64,000 bases of DNA from Bacteroidales bacterium (GTDB lineage: Bacteria; Bacteroidota; Bacteroidia; Bacteroidales; JAUNSR01), in contig JAUNSR010000003.1 of the NCBI GenBank assembly GCA_030539115.1, positions 25,359 through 89,358 on the forward strand. Direction: 5' to 3'. Made by a program: the position numbers and the translations under genes. The notes beneath the pieces are model-generated. The model worked only from the letters and a program-made list of their open reading frames with translations. It was not told the DNA's origin and made no database searches. Shown here in pieces: positions 58,696 to 64,000 of the stretch (positions are counted from its first letter, which is position 1; the number at the start of each line of letters is the position of its first letter).

Positions 58696-60561
58696 ATGAT
58701 AAAACACGTATTAATATTAATAGAGATTATCTTTATTTCAGGATATTCTTGTATTGCTTATGCTCAGGATACATTTAAACACACTTTTTTGTCCTCTCAC
58801 CAGAGCAGTTATGTAACTTGGGCAGTAAAAGATATTACCTCATCTTTACCTAATAATTGGAATGAATATAACTATCTTACCATTAATTTAAAGGTATCCT
58901 CTCCACAGCTGATTTTCATGAGTTTAATAACTAAGAATGGTACGTTTACTCAAGGGATTCAGCCATTGTCTTGTGTAGGTGTTAAGTTTGTTATTCCTCT
59001 TGATTATTATAGACTTCCTCCTGAATCAGCTCATGATATGGCTGCAACTTATAAGAAATGGCAGCCTATGGGAATGATAAACATTGGGAATCCTAATATT
59101 GGCAAATTGGAGGGAGTGGACAGTATACGTTTTATAATAAATAGTCCTGTTAATAACCCTGAGATTGAAATTTATCCACCTTTTATATTGTCAAAGGATA
59201 AGCCTGAATCCAAACTTATTGACAATACAATAGCGGTAGATAAGTACGGGCAGTGGATTGTTGATGAATATAATAAAAAACATCGGGCAGAACAAGATAT
59301 TTTTAGAATATGGAATTCTGAAAAAAATAATCTTAACAATAAGTTTCCTGATGGCTTCACCTCCTTTGGTGGTGTTAGATCTATACAAAGGGAGAAAACC
59401 GGCTATTTTAGAAAAGAAAAAATAGATGGTAAATGGTGGTTTATTGACCCGGATGGATATCCTTTTCTTTCCTCAGGGGTTTGCTGTGTAAGGCTTGCAG
59501 ACGTGACCAATACAAAAGACAGGGAGTATATTTTTGAAAACAAACCAAAAGAGCAATATGTCTCTTTCTATAAAGAAAATATAATGCTTAGATATGGTAA
59601 AAATTGGCTGGAGAAATGGATGGACAATTCAGTAAAAAGGATGAAAAATTGGGGCATAAACAGCATTGGCAATTGGTCTTTACCTGAACTGTTTAATAAA
59701 AAGTTCCCGTTTACAATGACTATTGAGGGCTTGTTTATAAACAAATTTATTATGGGACTGCCTGATATTTATGATGAAAACTACAAGACTGAAATAGCCG
59801 GAAATATAAAAAATACAGCTTTAAAATTTAAAAATAACAAATGGCTTATTGGCTATTTTATCGGCAATGAACAACCTTGGCCCGGTCAGGAGGAGCTTCT
59901 CTGCAAAAGAATTATTGATGGAAAGGATACTCCAATGAAAGAGGCTTTAATTAGCTACCTTTCACAAAATGGAGATACAAAAGAAAATAGGAAGCAATTT
60001 ATTTATATCACTTTTGATAAGTTTTTAAGCTATGTAAATGATATGCTTAAAAGATATGATCCAAACCATCTTAACCTCGGCATTAGATTTGGAGGAAACA
60101 TCAGTGATGAATTGATATCTATGGCAGGTAAACATTTTGATGTATTTAGCTTTAATTGCTATAACATAAGGCCAAATGACGATTATATAAATAGGGTTGC
60201 CAAGATCAGCAATCTACCCTCCTTGATTGGAGAGTTTCATTTTGGAGTGCCTGCCAATGGTCTTGCCTCGGGGCTTGTAAGCGTTGAGGGATATAAACAA
60301 AGAGGCGAAGCATACAGCTATTATGTTGAAAACGGATACTCCAATCCTAATCTTATCGGGATACATTGGTTTCAATGGATTGATGAGCCTGTTACAGGTC
60401 GTCCTGATGGGGAAAACTACAATATAGGATTTGTAGATGTTACTGATTGTCCTTATCCTTTTTTGACAGAATCGGCAAAGGAGAGCTTTAAAAGAATTTA
60501 TGATATTCATCAAGGCAAAATAAGACCAACAGACAAATGTCCACGCTATAGACTTCAGTAA
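58696..60561 (+). CDS. secreted putative clan GH-A (TIM-barrel) glycoside hydrolase, family unassigned
   Basis: Signal peptide. Candidate acid/base FIGNEQPW and nucleophile IGEFHFG, plus HWFQWIDEPVTGRPDGENYNIGF. I cannot assign the family from memory. Confidence 0.4.
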   Translation: MIKHVLILIEIIFISGYSCIAYAQDTFKHTFLSSHQSSYVTWAVKDITSSLPNNWNEYNYLTINLKVSSPQLIFMSLITKNGTFTQGIQPLSCVGVKFVIPLDYYRLPPESAHDMAATYKKWQPMGMINIGNPNIGKLEGVDSIRFIINSPVNNPEIEIYPPFILSKDKPESKLIDNTIAVDKYGQWIVDEYNKKHRAEQDIFRIWNSEKNNLNNKFPDGFTSFGGVRSIQREKTGYFRKEKIDGKWWFIDPDGYPFLSSGVCCVRLADVTNTKDREYIFENKPKEQYVSFYKENIMLRYGKNWLEKWMDNSVKRMKNWGINSIGNWSLPELFNKKFPFTMTIEGLFINKFIMGLPDIYDENYKTEIAGNIKNTALKFKNNKWLIGYFIGNEQPWPGQEELLCKRIIDGKDTPMKEALISYLSQNGDTKENRKQFIYITFDKFLSYVNDMLKRYDPNHLNLGIRFGGNISDELISMAGKHFDVFSFNCYNIRPNDDYINRVAKISNLPSLIGEFHFGVPANGLASGLVSVEGYKQRGEAYSYYVENGYSNPNLIGIHWFQWIDEPVTGRPDGENYNIGFVDVTDCPYPFLTESAKESFKRIYDIHQGKIRPTDKCPRYRLQ

Positions 60562-60684
60562 TATAGATTAATATCTAAAATAATCTCATTTTAGCATTAC
60601 AACACATCTTAACAATGTTGAAGGAGGTGACAATTTCGAGGCAAAACAGAATTGGTGAAGATTGAAAGTTCTAAAATCAAAAAA

Positions 60685-60720
60685 AGCCAAGAATTTTATA
60701 AAATCAACTCTTGGCTCTTT
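60685..60720 (+). terminator. rho-independent terminator after the 58696..60561 gene
   Basis: AGCCAAGA-16 nt-TCTTGGCT followed by CTTTATT. Confidence 0.65.
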
Positions 60721-60874
60721 ATTGTACCCGGAGCCGCATTTGAAATAGTAAATACCGCTAAATTTGATTAAAAAGAAAATTGCAGAAAATAACAGCGAAC
60801 TAACTGATATGTAATTATTTCAATGACTGTTGCAATTTAATATGATTTAGTCTATTTGAAATATTTTTAGCGCG

Positions 60875-60909
60875 TGTGGGGAAAATGTGGGGAAAACTAC
60901 GTATATTTG
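60875..60909 (+). promoter_or_regulatory. integrase promoter region: tandem TGTGGGGAAAA x2 plus -7 box TATATTTG
   Basis: The 11-bp direct repeats are at 60875-85 and 60886-96. TATATTTG (TAnnTTTG) is at 60902-09, 27 nt before the integrase ATG. Confidence 0.5.
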
Positions 60910-60935
60910 TGCATTCAAATTAGTTTCAGGGTACA

Positions 60936-62282
60936 ATGAAGGTTTCTTTAATTATTAAAAAGAGCGTAAAGCGCTATGATACAGATTCTCAAGCAACAAT
61001 ATATGTGCGTTTGAGAGATGGAAGAACCGTTGATATGGTTGCTCCAACAAGCTTAACTATTAACCCAAATTTTTGGGATGACAAAGCAGAACAGATAAAA
61101 AGTAAGGTTCTTTGTGATGATAATCTCCGCACGAGTATCAATGATGAAGTGCGTAAATTGAAGTCTTATCTCGAAAAGGAGTATCAGTCAAATGAAGAGG
61201 AACTGACAAAAGATTGGCTGAAGATAGCTCTCGACAAATACTATAACCCCAAGAAATATTATACAGAAGAGGAGATTGCTGCTGAGTATAAACCGCCCCT
61301 TACGGAGCTTTTTGATGAATTTCTGACCAAGCATAAGCTCTCGGAGGTTCGTGCGAAAAACTACCGTGTCATCAAGCGTGGTATTCAACGGTACGAACTG
61401 TATACTCGTGCGACCAAAAGAGGAAAGAAAAACTTCACGCTCTACATAGATGAAGTTACTCCCGACACACTTCGTGATATGTGGGACTTTTTCGAGAATG
61501 AATACAAATATTTTGAGCAGCACCCCACTATCTACGAATCTATACCTGAAAAACGAACTCCGCAACCTCGAGGACGAAACACGTTGCTCGATTGTTTCTC
61601 TCGTATCCGCACGTTCTTCTATTGGTGTAATGACAACAAGAAGACACAGAACAAGCCGTTTGATGACTTTCCGTTGGAAGAGTGTACATACGGAACACCT
61701 TACTATATCACCATTGATGAGAGGAACAAGATATACGCCACCAACCTAGAACGCCACCCTCAGTTGGCAATTCAGCGTGATATTTTTGTTTTCCAATGCC
61801 TTATTGGTTGTCGTGTGGGCGACTTAATAAAGATGACAAAAGCCAACCTGATTAACGGAGCTATTGAGTATATTCCACGCAAAACCAAAGAGGGGCGACC
61901 GCTGACTGTTCGGGTTCCGTTGAACGCAACGGCACAGGAGATCGTGGAGCGATACAAAAATTGCGAGGGCAATAAACTGCTGCCATTTATCTCTGAGCAA
62001 AAGTACAACGTGGCAATCAAACGCATTTTCAAAGCGGCAGGTTTGAAACGTATGGTAACTGTCATTAATCCCACCACCAGAGAAGAGGAGAAGCGAGTGC
62101 TATATGAAATTGCCTCGTCACACTTAGCTCGTCGAACCTTTGTCGGCAACCTCTACAAACAAGTCAAAGACCCAAACCTTGTCGGCTCACTCAGCGGGCA
62201 CAAGGAGGGTAGCAAGGCTTTCGCACGCTACCGAGAGATTGACGACGAAATGAAAAAAGAGCTGGTCGATTTGTTGCAATAG
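60936..62282 (+). CDS. tyrosine-type site-specific recombinase/integrase (Bacteroidota type with Arm DNA-binding N-terminus)
   Basis: N-terminus MKVSLIIKKS..ATIYVRLRDGR, catalytic region CLIGCRVGDL..SSHLARRTFVGNLY..LSGHKEGSKAFARY (R..HxxR..Y pattern). Confidence 0.85.
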   Translation: MKVSLIIKKSVKRYDTDSQATIYVRLRDGRTVDMVAPTSLTINPNFWDDKAEQIKSKVLCDDNLRTSINDEVRKLKSYLEKEYQSNEEELTKDWLKIALDKYYNPKKYYTEEEIAAEYKPPLTELFDEFLTKHKLSEVRAKNYRVIKRGIQRYELYTRATKRGKKNFTLYIDEVTPDTLRDMWDFFENEYKYFEQHPTIYESIPEKRTPQPRGRNTLLDCFSRIRTFFYWCNDNKKTQNKPFDDFPLEECTYGTPYYITIDERNKIYATNLERHPQLAIQRDIFVFQCLIGCRVGDLIKMTKANLINGAIEYIPRKTKEGRPLTVRVPLNATAQEIVERYKNCEGNKLLPFISEQKYNVAIKRIFKAAGLKRMVTVINPTTREEEKRVLYEIASSHLARRTFVGNLYKQVKDPNLVGSLSGHKEGSKAFARYREIDDEMKKELVDLLQ

Positions 62283-62374
62283 AGATTGCGTACGCAGTGT
62301 GTTCGTAATTTTGCGCACAACGTATTCGCAATTAAAGCTACAAGTTTAATGGTATGATGATTGTGTGTAATAAT

Positions 62375-62421
62375 ATTATTACTAATAAAGTTGTTACTAA
62401 TAAAATTATTACTTAACTTTG
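62375..62421 (+). promoter_or_regulatory. 15-bp direct repeats (RTTRTTACTAATAAA x2.5) running into the -7 box TAACTTTG
   Basis: ATTATTACTAATAAA (62375-89), GTTGTTACTAATAAA (62390-404), ATTATTACTTAAC (62405-17), and TAACTTTG at 62414-21. Confidence 0.45.
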
Positions 62422-62445
62422 CGAAGAGATAAAACGATTACGACT

Positions 62446-63579
62446 ATGGAAAATAAGCCTTTTATATTTGGTGTAGCCACCTCCGGGGATAACTTTACAG
62501 ACAGAGAGAAAGAGACTGCACGCCTGTTGTCTAACTTTACTCACGGAGTAAATACGGTTCTTATTTCGCCTCGCAGGTGGGGTAAAACATCGTTAGTCAA
62601 TAAGGTTTGTAAATTAGCTCAATCAGACAAACTCAAGATTGTCTATTTGGATATTTTCTCGTGTCGAACAGACAGAGAGTTTTATGATGCTTTTGCCTCT
62701 GCCGTGCTAAAACAGACCTCTTCAAAATTTGATGAGGTATTGGAGAATGCTAAAATATTTCTCTCTCGCATCACTCCGAAGTTCTCTATGGGACCCGACC
62801 CGATGACGGATTTTTCCATATCGTTGGAGCTAAACCCTAAGAGTGATGATATTAACGAGATATTACAACTACCTGAAAAGATAGCTCAGAAAAAAGGGAT
62901 TAGTATTGTTGTCTGTATAGATGAATTTCAACAAATATCGGAGTTCAAAGATTCTAAAACATTTCAGAAAAAATTGCGTACAGTGTGGCAACTCCAGCAA
63001 TCAGTATCTTACTGTCTATTTGGAAGTAAAAAGCACCTAATGAACGAGCTTTTCGAGAAGAAGAGTCTTCCATTTTATAAATTTGGCGACTCAATATATT
63101 TGCCGAAAATTTCGACTACCGATTGGATCTCATATATCTGTGAACGATTTGAAAGCACGGGAAAACGCATCTCTAAGGAGTTGGCTGAGAGGGTTTGTTT
63201 GACCGTTGATAATCACTCTTCGTATGTTCAGCAGTTGGCGTGGCTATTGTGGATTCAAACAAAAAAGGAGGCAACAGAGCAGGATTTTGCAGGTGCCTAC
63301 CAAGACCTAATTGACCAAAACTCACCGCTATTTGAAAAACAGACCGAGAATCTATCTGCTTACCAGATGAACTTTCTCCGTGCGCTGGTTGACGGTGTTA
63401 ATAGTGAATTTACATCTGCCGAGATTCTGCAAAAATATCAGTTGGGCTCTTCTGCTAATGTAAGTATCGTCAAACGTGCCCTTGTTAAAAAGGAGATCAT
63501 TGAAACAGAGAATAAAAAAGTGCAATTAGCTGACCCTGTGATGAAATTGTGGTTAAAGCAGGAGTTTTATACAAATTAA
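62446..63579 (+). CDS. AAA-type ATP-binding protein (Arch_ATPase/DUF234-like)
   Basis: Walker A SPRRWGKTSL and Walker B VVCIDEFQ. The track start at 62419 is TTG inside the promoter box; I use the ATG at 62446 (MENKPFIFG). Confidence 0.7.
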   Translation: MENKPFIFGVATSGDNFTDREKETARLLSNFTHGVNTVLISPRRWGKTSLVNKVCKLAQSDKLKIVYLDIFSCRTDREFYDAFASAVLKQTSSKFDEVLENAKIFLSRITPKFSMGPDPMTDFSISLELNPKSDDINEILQLPEKIAQKKGISIVVCIDEFQQISEFKDSKTFQKKLRTVWQLQQSVSYCLFGSKKHLMNELFEKKSLPFYKFGDSIYLPKISTTDWISYICERFESTGKRISKELAERVCLTVDNHSSYVQQLAWLLWIQTKKEATEQDFAGAYQDLIDQNSPLFEKQTENLSAYQMNFLRALVDGVNSEFTSAEILQKYQLGSSANVSIVKRALVKKEIIETENKKVQLADPVMKLWLKQEFYTN

Positions 63580-63586
63580 TTAGCCT

Positions 63587-64000
63587 ATGGGACAAGCCGA
63601 ATACAATGCTTTTAAGGAGCAGATGAAACAGTGGATGTTGGAGAATGCCGACATCTACGACGAGTTTGAAGAGATGATGAACTCGCAAAGCGATGTGGGC
63701 GTGCAGCAGATTATGGCTCAAGCTATGGCATTGGTTCCGGAGTATGGCAAAGCAATATCAAAGAAGATAAATAGCGGAAATGCCGATAATTTGGCAGATA
63801 TTGAAACGATTTTCGCCGAGAACAACTTAGCATCGGAACTGGTGGGACATTTTGGCAAGGCGAGCACTGTCCCGGCTATGATATGTTGGTTGTTCTTCGG
63901 TCGTAGTTTTGAAACAATGGTCGAAAATCTTGAACGCATCGTAAAAGACCCAACTCAAAATCAATCGGATAAACTTTTCGCTATTCAGACAATCAACCTT
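63587..64000 (+). CDS. hypothetical protein (N-terminal 138 codons; runs off the window end)
   Basis: Absent from the track because it is open-ended. My translation from the ATG at 63587 gives MGQAEYNAFKEQMKQWMLENADIYDEFEEMM...KLFAIQTINL with no stop. It starts 8 nt after the ATPase stop. Confidence 0.5.
   Translation, partial: MGQAEYNAFKEQMKQWMLENADIYDEFEEMMNSQSDVGVQQIMAQAMALVPEYGKAISKKINSGNADNLADIETIFAENNLASELVGHFGKASTVPAMICWLFFGRSFETMVENLERIVKDPTQNQSDKLFAIQTINL

Larger units (their letters stand above)
60721..64000 (+). mobile_element. left end of an integrase-bounded genomic island (continues beyond the window)
   Basis: The tyrosine integrase is the first gene after the chromosomal terminator. 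Downstream genes are visibly more GC-rich by eye than the preceding 60 kb. The exact junction is not identified. Confidence 0.5.

Noticed and set aside
60727-60750. TTCAAATGCGGCTCCGGGTACA on the minus strand as a tRNA 3'-end fragment or att site beside the integrase
   Set aside because: The T-loop-like TTCAAAT is followed by G where the conserved C61 is expected. No complementary T-stem or other tRNA arms lie upstream, and no CCA or discriminator fits. It may still be part of the att region, but I cannot support a tRNA call.

Overview
This is a 64-kb stretch of an AT-rich Bacteroidota (Bacteroidales-like) chromosome. That placement rests on several TAnnTTTG-type -7 promoter boxes, no obvious Shine-Dalgarno sites, a hybrid two-component system (HTCS), a T9SS C-terminal sorting domain and many glycoside hydrolases. 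Most of the window is recognisable. It holds housekeeping genes (mnmA, korAB, aroK, rnhA, ybeY, mnmG, apt, uvrC, dtd, deoC, ispB, polA, ychF, lpdA, nadB, dapB, lepB). It also holds a mannoside-degradation cluster (GH92, GH125, two BSP-like proteins and an HTCS regulator), other secreted hydrolases (GH20, GH51, a CotH-ricin-T9SS protein, a PHP phosphoesterase), and from about 60.7 kb the left end of an integrase-bounded island. I found no rRNA, tRNA or CRISPR array. The signals I could not match to anything known are non-coding. (1) A 105-bp repeat family sits exactly against the ATG of five unrelated genes (seven units, two loci with tandem doublets). Each unit ends in ATGAAA, and six of seven also begin with ATGAAA, which opens a 4-codon mini-ORF. 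(2) Two homologous promoter-plus-hairpin elements of about 75 nt lie upstream of mnmG and dapB and show compensatory base-pair changes. (3) Six exact-period 21-bp tandem repeats lie inside the mannosidase cluster. All calls come from reading the sequence and the ORF track. No searches were run, and the identity estimates are by eye.
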